The notes under the pieces: generated by a model | What the model was told of the DNA's origin: nothing | Databases searched by the model: none | Seen by the model: the letters and a program-made list of their open reading frames with translations, nothing else | Part shown: piece by piece, positions 48,611 to 59,186 of the stretch | How positions within the stretch are numbered: the first letter of the stretch is position 1 | Layout of the letters: every line of letters begins with the position of its first letter | Position numbers and translations under genes: made by a program | Source: Saprolegnia diclina VS20 | Taxonomy: Eukaryota | Assembly (NCBI RefSeq): GCF_000281045.1 | Contig: NW_008246070.1 | Span: 452,048 to 515,957, forward strand | Direction of reading: 5' to 3' | Length of the DNA stretch: 63,910 bases

Positions 48611-49007
48611 NNNNNNNNNNNNNNNNNNNNNNNNNNNNNNNNNNNNNNNNNNNNNNNNNNNNNNNNNNNNNNNNNNNNNNNNNNNNNNNNNNNNNNNNNN
48701 NNNNNNNNNNNNNNNNNNNNNNNNNNNNNNNNNNNNNNNNNNNNNNNNNNNNNNNNNNNNNNNNNNNNNNNNNNNNNNNNNNNNNNNNNNNNNNNNNNNN
48801 NNNNNNNNNNNNNNNNNNNNNNNNNNNNNNNNNNNNNNNNNNNNNNNNNNNNNNNNNNNNNNNNNNNNNNNNNNNNNNNNNNNNNNNNNNNNNNNNNNNN
48901 NNNNNNNNNNNNNNNNNNNNNNNNNNNNNNNNNNNNNNNNNNNNNNNNNNNNNNNNNNNNNNNNNNNNNNNNNNNNNNNNNNNNNNNNNNNNNNNNNNNN
49001 NNNNNNN
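48611..49007. other. Assembly gap (N run)
   Basis: Run of N. Confidence 1.
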
Positions 49008-49178
49008 TCTTACGCCGATAGAACTAGCGGTGGCATCTTCTTCCATTGTATGCCGCCGTCTCATAAAGACTAGAGCGCAAAGGTGGAAGGAATCAACACT
49101 CGGCCATCGCAGCGTCCTTTCGGCTAACGCAAAACGCTCGTTATCGTTTCGAGACTTCGGTTTCGCGGCCCAAACGAC

Positions 49179-51011
49179 ATGAACCGCGTGGCGCCACCGT
49201 CCAGTGCGCTTGTGCACCAAGGTCTGAAGCTGCAGCCGCGCTCGTGTTGGCGCCCTGGCATACTGCTCGCGGTGCTGTACCTTGTGTTTGCCTTGATCGT
49301 TGCGGCGACGACCTACTTGCTCTCTGGCATCGCCAACACGCCCGTCTACCTCGGGCTCGTCCAAGAAGGCTTCACCTCCAATCTCTACAACGTGCCCATC
49401 AACATCCTCCTCGAAGGCAGAAGCAGTGTCACGGCCACATCGACCCGCGCCTCGCTCAGCGACCTCCTCTACAAGGCATGTCGCGACCGGTCGTGCGCGA
49501 ATGAATTCACAGCCGCATCCAACGAGCTATGGGCGACAGTCGGAGCGGCACTGGCTCTGATTCCCGACTTTGACCAGCCGCGGTTTCAGGACCCCCACGA
49601 GACTGTCAAATTCCAGCACATCAACAACCTCAGCGGCTGGAACAAAGCGACGGCCCAGTTTTACATATCGGGTCATGACATGGCGATCACGTGCATGGTG
49701 CGCCGCGCGAGTTTTGTCTCCGCAGCCCATACACAGCCGATCGTTGACTCGCTCGCCTTTTGCTCGCAGCGGCCGTACGACCCGCAGTGGGTTTGCGAGA
49801 CCGACGTCGAAGCGAGCGTCCACACGTACGCGATCCAAGTTCGGAACGGCGTCGCCGCCTACATTGGCGTCACGCCGCGGAACCAAGTCTACTTCAACCC
49901 AAACCACGTCGCCATCTTTCGCGGCAGCTCGCTCGGCGACGTCGCGCTCAGCACCATACCGTCCATCAACGAGTACCACCGCGGGTTCGTCCAAGCCAGT
50001 GCCGCGTGGGACGTGCTTGTCGCAGCGCGTTGCACCAACCTCGACCGCACCACGAAGCTTGGATGGCTACTGCAGTGCCAGGGCTACGTCACGATGACGT
50101 GGAAGTGCAACTCGCTCATGCCGTCCAACGCCGCCGTCTTGCTCGTCATGGTACTCTACCTCGTACTGGTCCAAAGTGTGTTTTTGCGCCACAGCCACAT
50201 TTGCTGCGTGCCCGTCGACATGTCGAAAAATGTGATTGGCGTCGCGATCCTCCTTGTCGCGTTTGCCGGCAACGAAAACCTCCAGGCGCTCACGACCTAC
50301 CTGCACCAAAACCCGAGCTACGGGAATGTGTACTACTACGCGTTCTGCGGGCCGGCGCAACTGGCATCGATCGTCGGGATCATGACGGGGACGCTCGTCC
50401 AGATGTGGTTCAACCCGCGACTGGTCACGCAGACGTGGCTGCTACTGGTGACCAGTGCCGTCAACTGGATTCTGGTCTTTGTGCTGGAAGCCTACCTGTT
50501 TCCGAGCCAAAGCACCAACGTGCCAAGTCCGTGCGCGCTGCCGACGACGTCCAACTGCGTTGTGTTCAGCGCCGTTCTGAAAATGCATTTTGTCTCGGCC
50601 GGCGTCGCCATCACTGTCGTCGCGCTTGCCATCGCAGCCGTGTACGTGCACTCGGCCTCCCGCTCGTCGCCACCACCCACGTCCGTGCTATCGTACTTCA
50701 ACGCGGATCGGTACGAGCAGTTTCTCACGTCATCGGCGGCTTGCGTCAACGGCAGTGGCGCCGACAATGGCGTCCTCCTCATCAAGAGCATGCTGCGCAT
50801 CGCGACAGGCGACATGACGCGCATGGCCAACGCGCCGTACGTGCTTTTTCACATGGTACTGCCGATGAGGCGGCTCCAGCGCCTCTACAGTGACACGGTG
50901 GGCTCGCTCCATGTCGTGCATTTGAAAGAAAACGTCATCAGCCGCGCCAGCGGCTACAAGACACTCGACACGATCGAGGCGTCGAGCGACACGCCGACAT
51001 GGTGTCGCTAA
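49179..51011 (+). CDS. Orphan multi-pass membrane protein, paralog 2 (intact, 610 aa, intronless)
   Basis: One N-terminal TM, a Cys-containing loop of about 265 aa, five further hydrophobic segments and a tail of about 120 aa. Confidence 0.88.
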   Translation: MNRVAPPSSALVHQGLKLQPRSCWRPGILLAVLYLVFALIVAATTYLLSGIANTPVYLGLVQEGFTSNLYNVPINILLEGRSSVTATSTRASLSDLLYKACRDRSCANEFTAASNELWATVGAALALIPDFDQPRFQDPHETVKFQHINNLSGWNKATAQFYISGHDMAITCMVRRASFVSAAHTQPIVDSLAFCSQRPYDPQWVCETDVEASVHTYAIQVRNGVAAYIGVTPRNQVYFNPNHVAIFRGSSLGDVALSTIPSINEYHRGFVQASAAWDVLVAARCTNLDRTTKLGWLLQCQGYVTMTWKCNSLMPSNAAVLLVMVLYLVLVQSVFLRHSHICCVPVDMSKNVIGVAILLVAFAGNENLQALTTYLHQNPSYGNVYYYAFCGPAQLASIVGIMTGTLVQMWFNPRLVTQTWLLLVTSAVNWILVFVLEAYLFPSQSTNVPSPCALPTTSNCVVFSAVLKMHFVSAGVAITVVALAIAAVYVHSASRSSPPPTSVLSYFNADRYEQFLTSSAACVNGSGADNGVLLIKSMLRIATGDMTRMANAPYVLFHMVLPMRRLQRLYSDTVGSLHVVHLKENVISRASGYKTLDTIEASSDTPTWCR

Positions 51012-51317
51012 ACAGAAATACACGCGGATGTCTTGAAGAATAGTGGTGATCGGTCACATGATGGGATATGGGGAAGCTCGAGACAGCGATGAGTTGGCAT
51101 ATCGAGGATGGTTGTTCGCTGTCGCCATGTCGAATGGGGTAGCGTATATAGAGTGCCTCGATCTACTGTGTTTGGCCCCCAACGCTCGTCCGTGCATGTC
51201 CAGCAACAGCGATTCGCCGAGCAAGATGGAGACCCCAGTCGCTACCGACCACGACTATTTATAACCTGACGCTGCGAAAGGCCGCGCAGTCATTATTGTC
51301 AAACAGACAGCGACGAG

Positions 51318-53226
51318 ATGGAACCAACGGACAAGAACCGGCGTGAGAGCCGCCTCGTGTCGGCAGCTGCTTTTGTGCGCAAGCGGCTGCCGTTCGGAAT
51401 GGGCATGGCGCTCTCGCTGCTCTACATGGGCTTTGCGGGTGTCGTCGCCGTCACGACGTATACGCTCACGTCGATCGCCAACCAACCGGTTTTCACGGGT
51501 CTCATCGTCCAGGCCTTTGACTACAACCGGTTTGACGTGCCCGTGACAACGCTTCTGCAAGGGTCGAGCGTCGTAGTGTCGAACCCGACGACACTCTCGA
51601 GCACGCAAGCGACGTGGTCGGTGAGCGACCTCCACTACAAGGAGTGCGGCGTCAATGACGTCGCGTGCGCCAATGCATTTTTAGCCCAATCCAACATGAT
51701 CTGGAGCACGATTGGCCGCGCGTTTGACCAGATTCCGGCGTTCGACGACCCGTTGTTTCAGGACAAGAACCAGATCGTCAAGTTCAAGCACATCAACAAC
51801 CTCAGTGGGTTTAACAAACCGTCGGCGCAGTTTTACATTGATGGCCACGCGACGGCCGTCACGTGTCTTGTGCGAAAATCACGTACGTCGACGTGGCGAC
51901 GCTCAAGCCCGCGATCGATTGCCTCGCGTACTGCTCGGTGCGGGCGTACGACCCGAAATGGATGTGCGAGAACGAAGTGCCCATGAACACCAACACGTTT
52001 GCGATTCAGATGCGCAACGGACGTGCCGTGTACCTCGGTGTCGCCAAGCGCAGTCAGTTTTACTTTAACGCGGGCAAAACCACGCTTCTTAGCGGCGGCT
52101 TGAACGGGACGCTGAGCCTCGTGACGGTCGCGACGACCGACGAGTATCAATCGGGTGTTCTCCAAGCCAATGCGCCGTGGGACATTGTGCCGGCGTCGCA
52201 GTGCGGCACGTACAACTTTGCGACCAACCTCGGGTGGCTACTGCAGATCCAGGGCGCAGTCACGATGATCTGGCAGGTGCGACTCGCTCATGCTCACAAA
52301 CGCAGTCGTTCTCTTCGTCGTCTCGCTCGCCATGTGTCTCATGCAAGCGGTCTTCTTGCGCCACTCGTGCGTCTGCTACGTGCCTGTGCATCTCTCCAAG
52401 AACGTGCTGGGTCTCGTGATTCTCTTTGTTGCGTACTATGGCAACAACAACCTCCAGACGCTCACGACGTACCTGATTCTAAATCCCGCCGACGCGATTC
52501 CCGCCAAATGGTAAAAGGTACATTTTGTGCGGGCCCGCGCAAATGGCGTCGATCGTCGGTATCATGACGGGGACGCTGATCCAGATCTGGTTCAACCCAC
52601 GCGTCGTCACCCAGACGTGGCTCGTGCTCTTCTTCAGCGTCGCCAATTGGGTCATCGTGTTTTACCTCGAGGGATTTGTGTACCCGTACAAAAACAGCAT
52701 GGTTGCCAACCCCTGCGGCCTCGCCACGTCGACCAACTGCTTTCTCTTTGACGCGATTCCGCACACTTATTACCAGTCGGCCATCATCGCTGGGGGGGTC
52801 ATTGTCTTCGCCATCCTCGTCATCTATGCGCACTCGCGCCTCGTGTCGGGCTCCCACGGGCTCCTGCCAACGAGCTCCGTGCTCCGGTACTTGAACATCT
52901 CGAACGTGCACGACCTTGCGACCTCGACGCACGGCTGCGTGGGCCTCTCGGCCAAGGGCACGCCGGCCCTCGACGCTGGCGTCCTCATCATCAAAAACAT
53001 GCTGCGCGTCTCCAACACACAAATGACGCGCACGACCAACGTCCAGTACGAACTCATCTACCGCTTGATTCCAACCGCCTTCCTCAAGCGATTCTACAGC
53101 TCGACCGTCGGGTCCATGCTGGTCTTTGAAATGGACAACCAGACGATCACGCGCCGGTCGAGCTACAAATTTCTGCACGACATGGACATTGGGCACATGG
53201 ACAATGTCACCGGGTTCCTCGACTAA
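51318..53226 (+). pseudogene. Orphan membrane protein, paralog 3, broken by three indels (recent pseudogene or sequencing errors)
   Basis: Four overlapping ORFs (51318, 51863, 52290, 52525) tile the full paralog-2 sequence, with breaks near 51877, 52277 and 52513. Confidence 0.75.
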
Positions 53227-53625
53227 GCCAACTTGTCATGCCTAATTGCATTCCTCATTTTCTTAGTTGCATCCTTATTGCGTCATGACGTGGCAGTCCC
53301 ATAGCACTGTAAAAATAGAGCGACCAATCCAGTGCGGCTTTAAAATCGAAGCTCGCACTTGACCAATCGAATCGCTCAAGTGCATGACAGAACGTGCACC
53401 GGTTGGTTGCTTTGAGCTGATCGGCATCCTTTCTAACGCTTTGGTGCCGACGCTGCGCGCAAGAAGCGCTGTGACTGGTCCTGCTGCTACGTGAGATCGT
53501 CGACCGCCGCCGGCTCTCACGTTAGGAAATCAAGAGCCGCCTCTTGCCTCTCGCGTTGCGACATACGCTTAGTAGCGACAAAGGATAGACGTATATATTA
53601 AAAGATGGGGTACACACAGGCCTCC

Positions 53626-55649
53626 TTAGCGCCGCTTGAGGAGCTCGAAGACGAGATCGACGTTCGTGCGGCCCATTTCTTCAAAGGCGTTCGTCTTGGT
53701 GACTGCGTCAAAGTTGTTGAGCATAAATGCGATGCAGCGGTCGCGGAGGATCGTTGCCGAGTGCATGTCGGCGGCGTGGAGGATGCTGGCAGCGTTTTCA
53801 ATGCAGAGCGAGCTCAGCATTTTGCTCTCGCAGATCTTCTTCAGTCGGTCCACACCGTACTAGACACAGTGTCCACATGCATCCGCCTAGCTTTGAAAAC
53901 GACGTACGCGATCGGCGGTGACAAAGAGCTCCATGGCCGTCTCCACGTCGACCGTCACGTGGTCCGTGTAGAGGTACTCGAGGAATGCGAGGAAGATGAC
54001 CTTGCGCACGTCGGGGACGACGACCTCGCGCGCGCGGCTCTCCAGCATCTAGACACAGTATGATGCGCCGAGAGAGAGGGATTGGAGACGTACCTCGCCC
54101 GTGAGCATGGCCTTGAAGTAGCTGCAGCGCACGCAGAGAATCTTGTGGGCATAAATCGGCACGCCCTCGACTAGACAAACATGAGACCGTGGATGAGAAC
54201 ACAAGGATACCGAGGAACGTGATGTCGCTCATCGTTTGGTTGTTAACAAGGTCGCGGAGGTCGTTGACGAGGCATGGCGGCGGGATATCGAGCTCGACTT
54301 CCTCGCCAAAGCGAAACTCCTTGAAGTCGTTGAGGCGACTCGAGCCGTCGTAGCCGCCAAAGATCGCGAGGCTGTCATCGTAGACGCACCCGACGTGACA
54401 GAAGCGCTGGCCGGGCGGCGGCCCGTTGAAGGCCATGGGCTGCCACACATTGTTTTCTAATCCACAGTCAGAGTGCTCCAGGCTACACCCGCAGGTCGAG
54501 TCACCGAGGTTGAGTTCGTGAAAGTCGTTCATGGCGCTGCCCGTCGAGCCGCCAAAGATGTACATCGCGTTGCCATGTGTGACGGCCACGTGGCTGTCGC
54601 GGGGAATCGGCGCCGGCCCTTCCACAGGCAGCATCGACCACGACCGCAGCGCTACGTCCGCATGAGCATTCGCATGCGACTCAGCCATACCAAAGTTGAA
54701 GACATGGACGTCGTTGAGGTGGCGCGACCCGTCGTGGCCGCCAAAGAGAATGCACGTCGACTTGTGGGTCACGAGCGACGCGCGGTAGCGCGGGCGCGGG
54801 AACCGCCCAGTGGCCGCAACTTGCGACCAGACGCAGGTTTCTATGCAGTCGCTTGTTGGATGCCGGACGGTGTTTTCAAGCAAATTACCGAAATTGAACT
54901 CGTAAAAGTCGTTGCGGTAGCTGCCGTCGTAGCCGCCAAAGCAGAAGAGCGACTTGTCTGCCCATGTACACCGTTTGTAGAGGAAAGGCAGCAGAGAGCG
55001 GCGACGTACCGTAGACGACGGCGGCGTGGCTGTGGCGCGGACTCGGTGGCATGCCCGACGCGACGGCCACGGGGCTCCACTTTTGCGTCACTAGACAGAG
55101 GCAATGATTTTGGAGGCGTGCTAACCCTGTCGCGATACCAAAGTTGAATTCGACAAAGTCGTTGACGCGCGAGCTTCCGTCAAAGCCCGCAAAGACGTAG
55201 AACGAGTCCTTGTACACGACAGCGACGTGGCGGTCGCGCGGCGTCGGCGGGATCCCGATCGCGAGCACCTGCGCCCACACCTTGCGCTTGAAGTTGTACT
55301 CGAAAAAGTCGTTGACACGGTTCGAGCCGTCGTAGCCGCCAAAGATGTACATCGAGTCCTTATGGACTGCGCAGACGTGCAGCGACCGATGGCACGGCGC
55401 GGCCGACGGGTTCTGGCACGGCACGGTGATCCACGAGCGCGCCGACGAGATCGGGCTCCCGGTCGCCTGCGGGCGGCTGTTGTACGTCAACACAGGCGGC
55501 GGAGGGTACGTAGTCGTCTGCGGTGCGGAGGCCATGGCGTCAACGGCGGTCGGGTTGTGCGCCTCGAGAGAGTAGTCCGCGGCCGTGAGAGGTGCAGTGC
55601 TGTACTGAGCAGCGCCAGCATGGGTCATATGGCGTGGTTGGCTCGACAT
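53626..55649 (-). CDS. Kelch-repeat + BTB/BACK protein, LZTR1-like, multi-exon
   Basis: Six kelch blades (for example RSLH..FGGYDGSNRVNDF, PRDRH, PRHSH, PRYRA, PRDSH, QRFCH). BTB/BACK: SDITFL, IYAHKILCVRCSYFKAML, FLAFLEYLYTD, DRLKKICE, LCIENAASILHAAD. Confidence 0.9.
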
Positions 55650-56285
55650 AGACAGCGGCAGTTGCGCCCAATTATTTCTCAAACTGTGCTCGGTATCTTT
55701 GCACCAAGTAGCCTTCCATGGATTTGTCCGGATACGGAGCCCGACACCGAGCGCTTCGAGATTCCTCGACGCCATGGACGACCATATTGCATGGCAACCG
55801 CGGCCATTGCGTCGGCTTGCGGTAGAGTACATCCCTGGGTCTCACGTCCTTGGTGTAGTACTGCTACCGTAGTACATCGCACAGTGTCGTCTACGGTATG
55901 CCTTCTCGACAGCATTTTAGCCAATGGCCTTGCCTCCATACATATTTCATTGAAATAAGTCATGTGATTGGTTGGAAAGGCGTCATTTGCGCAAGATTGT
56001 ATCCAATCCGCAGCGTGGAATACCAGTCCCAGAGCTCTGATGTGTCGAGAGAACCATGCAACGCTGTCCGATACTACTACTTGGAGCGACAAGAATGAAC
56101 GCAAAAGCACCAGCTCGTCAATATCTCGTTGAGCCCGCGACACAAGGTTTGAGCGAGTAGCTGCATGACCTGGTTTCTTTTTCTCGCTTTTTTCACATTT
56201 TTCACGCTGTTCACGTCGATTTTCACGGTGGTTTCCGGATACGCGTGAGGGCACCCTTTGACGGAAGATTGGATCTTTTGCCTTC

Positions 56286-57165
56286 ATGCCGCAGCGCTGC
56301 GAGCTCCTCTCGGGGCCGCAGACGTACCTCGTGCAGGTCGTACTCTTCGTCATTGCGCTCACATCGCTCTGGTACAAGCGCCACGTGGAGCGCCCGAAGC
56401 GGTCGCTGGAGATCTGGGCGTTGGACGTCGGGAAGCAAGGCATTGGGGTGCGTGTCGCTTGCCGCCGCCGCAACGACGACGCTCTTCTCTTCTAGGCCGT
56501 CGTGGGACACTTTACCAACATCTTGATCGCTATCTCGCTGCCGCCCGTCACAGACCAAGTACGTCGCATTGGTGCTTGCATCGATCGATCATGGGCCGTA
56601 GTGCGTCTGGTATTTTCTCAACTTTGTGACCGACTGCACCCTTGGCATGCTCATTGCGCTCTCGCTGCTCAAGTTCCAGCAAGAGCTCGCCGTGTCCTTG
56701 AACTGGCATGCGATCCAAGACAGCGGCGACTACGGCAACCCGCCCTCGTACCGGTGCGCATGCTCCTGCATCAAGGTCAACTTCACAAGTCTCATGTAGG
56801 ATATGGGGCATCCAGCTCGTTGCGTGGCTTAGCATCATTGTCTTTTCCAAGGGCATCGTGACGTCGGTCTTGATTGCAACGGCGGGGCCGCTCGGCGCCA
56901 TCGGCAATGCGCTCTTCAGCCCACTCGCCATGCATCCCATGTCAGAGCTTGTCGTCGTCATGATCATCTGCCCTAGCTTTCTCAACGTCATGCAGTTCTG
57001 GGTATGTTGTCCGTGTGCGCCTCGAGACGCCTTTGGCCAACACGACTGTAGATTCAGGACAGCTTCTTGAAGCGGGACACGCCATTGTACGCCCGCAGTA
57101 CGAGCTCGAAAATGAAGCCGGCCGGCATGGACCCGTCGCTGCAGATCAGTCTGCTGCAAGCATAA
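56286..57165 (+). CDS. STIMATE/TMEM110-family membrane protein, 5 exons
   Basis: LWYKRHVERPKRSLEIWALDVGKQ, HFTNI, CVWYFLNFVTDCTLG, SGDYGNPP, ELVVVMIICP, QFWIQDSFLK. Confidence 0.88.
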
Positions 57166-57764
57166 TAACGACTTAGACTACTGTGCATAAACAAAGGCGC
57201 GTCGTCGATCGTCACGCAGAGTAGAACGCCGATCCTCGCTTGCGTGGTGCTTCGTAGCTCGTACTTAAGGCGTCGCGGCGAGAGCTCGCGGAGAGACTGC
57301 ACACGCGGTTGCACGGTCTGGCAAAGCCTGCTCCGTGCGCCCAGATCTGGAAACGAACCCAATTTGGCACCCGAGGAATCTAGTTGCCAGGGCGGAAGAT
57401 TCTTGCGATGCGCGTGGACTCGTCGCCGCGCCATGTACCTTCAGAGCGCGAGGTAGACGGCTAGTGGCCAAGCAGCTCTACCGCTTTGCATCTTGCGCGT
57501 GCCACCGTGCGCCACGTGGGCGCGTCGCGGAGTCTGCGGTCACCCAACGGGCACGCTGCCATCACCACGCGCCTTGGCACTGATTGGTCCACTCTCCCAT
57601 CTTTATGCGACGTGATTGGCCCGCGAATATGCGACAAGACGAAGTTTCGCTTGAACTTCGAGGCGAGTGCGGCTGTCTGTAAACGGATCATAGGCGCGTT
57701 TGTATGCAAGTGCGAACTTCGACCGGATTGCCCGGACCCTCCGGTGCCAAATGGTCGCCGAGTA

Positions 57765-58901
57765 ATGATGACGACGAGACTGCAAATGGTGGCTGCGACG
57801 ACGCCTGACCCGCTGTCACTTGACAACGCAAGTCGCTTCGCCCACAGGCCTCGGTCGCCCATACCTCGACGTATGACGGCCTCGTCACCATACATGGAGG
57901 ATGCTACGGCGTCGTCCACGGCGAGTACGCCTACTACGCCGTCGCTCGCCTCGCACCACGAAGGCCGCTCACTGCACGCGAGCCAAGCCTGGTGGGCTGA
58001 GCACGTCGCTGCAGTCCGCGAGCTTGTGACGGTCAAACCGCCGCAGCTGACGATTGAAGAGAAGAGCTTCATCGCGGGCGCATTCGCCGGCATCATCTCG
58101 CGCACGGCGACCGCGCCCATGGACCGCGTCAAGGTGGCGCTTCAGGCCGGCAACGCCCACGGACATATGTGCCAAGAGTCGGTCTCGTCCATCTCGCGCC
58201 AGATCTACGCGTCGGGTGGCTGGACGGCCTTCTTCCGCGGCAACGGCGCCAACTCGATCAAGGTCACGCCCGAGTCGGCCGTCAAGTTTTGGGCCTTCTC
58301 GTTCATCTCGAGCCATTTCCCGCACCACGATCAGAACCGACCGCTCAACGGTATGGAGAAGCTCATTGCGGGCAGCGCGGCTGGCGCAACAGCGCAGCTG
58401 GCAATCTACCCGCTCGAGATGGCGAAGACGTACCTCTGCCTCGCCAAGCCCGGCGACTACAATGGTATTGCCCACTGCCTCTCGAGTATTGTGCAGAAGG
58501 ATGGTGTCGCGGGCCTGTATCGTGGACTCACGCCGTCGCTCCTCGGCATCGTACCGTACGCTGGCGTCGATCTCGCGCTCTTCTTTACCATGAAGGAGGC
58601 GTACATCAACAAGTACGACCACGCGCCAAGCGTCGGGCACGTGCTCCTCTTTGGTGCGGCCTCGAGCACTTGCGGCCAGATCGTGTCGTACCCGCTCCAG
58701 GTCGTGCGCACGAAGCTCCAGGCGCAGGGCATGAAGGGCCGGCACGTCGTGTACAGCGGCATGCGCGACTGCCTCGTCAAGATCGTGCAGGCGCACGGTG
58801 TTTGGGGGCTGTACCGCGGTATTTTGCCCAACTTTATGAAGTCCGTGCCGGCGATTAGCATCAGCTACGCGGTCTTCGAGTCGGTCAAGAACGCGCTCTA
58901 G
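57765..58901 (+). CDS. Mitochondrial carrier, SCaMC/ATP-Mg-Pi-like, without EF hands
   Basis: SRTATAPMDRVKV, FFRGNGAN.IKVTPESAVKF, IYPLEMAKT, GIVPYAGVDL, SSTCGQIVSYPLQVVRTKLQAQG, PNFMKSVPAISISY. Start codon uncertain. Confidence 0.92.
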   Translation: MMTTRLQMVAATTPDPLSLDNASRFAHRPRSPIPRRMTASSPYMEDATASSTASTPTTPSLASHHEGRSLHASQAWWAEHVAAVRELVTVKPPQLTIEEKSFIAGAFAGIISRTATAPMDRVKVALQAGNAHGHMCQESVSSISRQIYASGGWTAFFRGNGANSIKVTPESAVKFWAFSFISSHFPHHDQNRPLNGMEKLIAGSAAGATAQLAIYPLEMAKTYLCLAKPGDYNGIAHCLSSIVQKDGVAGLYRGLTPSLLGIVPYAGVDLALFFTMKEAYINKYDHAPSVGHVLLFGAASSTCGQIVSYPLQVVRTKLQAQGMKGRHVVYSGMRDCLVKIVQAHGVWGLYRGILPNFMKSVPAISISYAVFESVKNAL

Positions 58902-59186
58902 AGAACGCTCGGTTGAGTGAACATGAATATAGTAATATTAGGTAGCTGCATGCACTACACTTCGTGCTGTCGTAGTACAGATTAGACGATGTGCCGGCAC
59001 CAAGCGAGGCTGCGGCAAGCGACGTATCCGTGCGAGTTGTGATCCGGCGCTTGAAGTGTGCCTTGGACATGTCGCATGACGTGCTCGGTGCCGCTGAAAA
59101 CCAAGGGGTGGGGTTTGGAAAATATCAAGACGATTATGGTAGATACTATCGGTTGATACTAGCTCCGCATCCAATGAAATTAGGTC

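Noticed and set aside
47073..49364. ORF-track entries spanning the N runs
   Set aside because: Artefacts of translating through assembly gaps.
51860..52530. Programmed frameshifting or stop readthrough in membrane paralog 3
   Set aside because: Paralogs 1 and 2 are uninterrupted at the comparable sequenced sites and no slippery heptamer is present; errors or decay are simpler.
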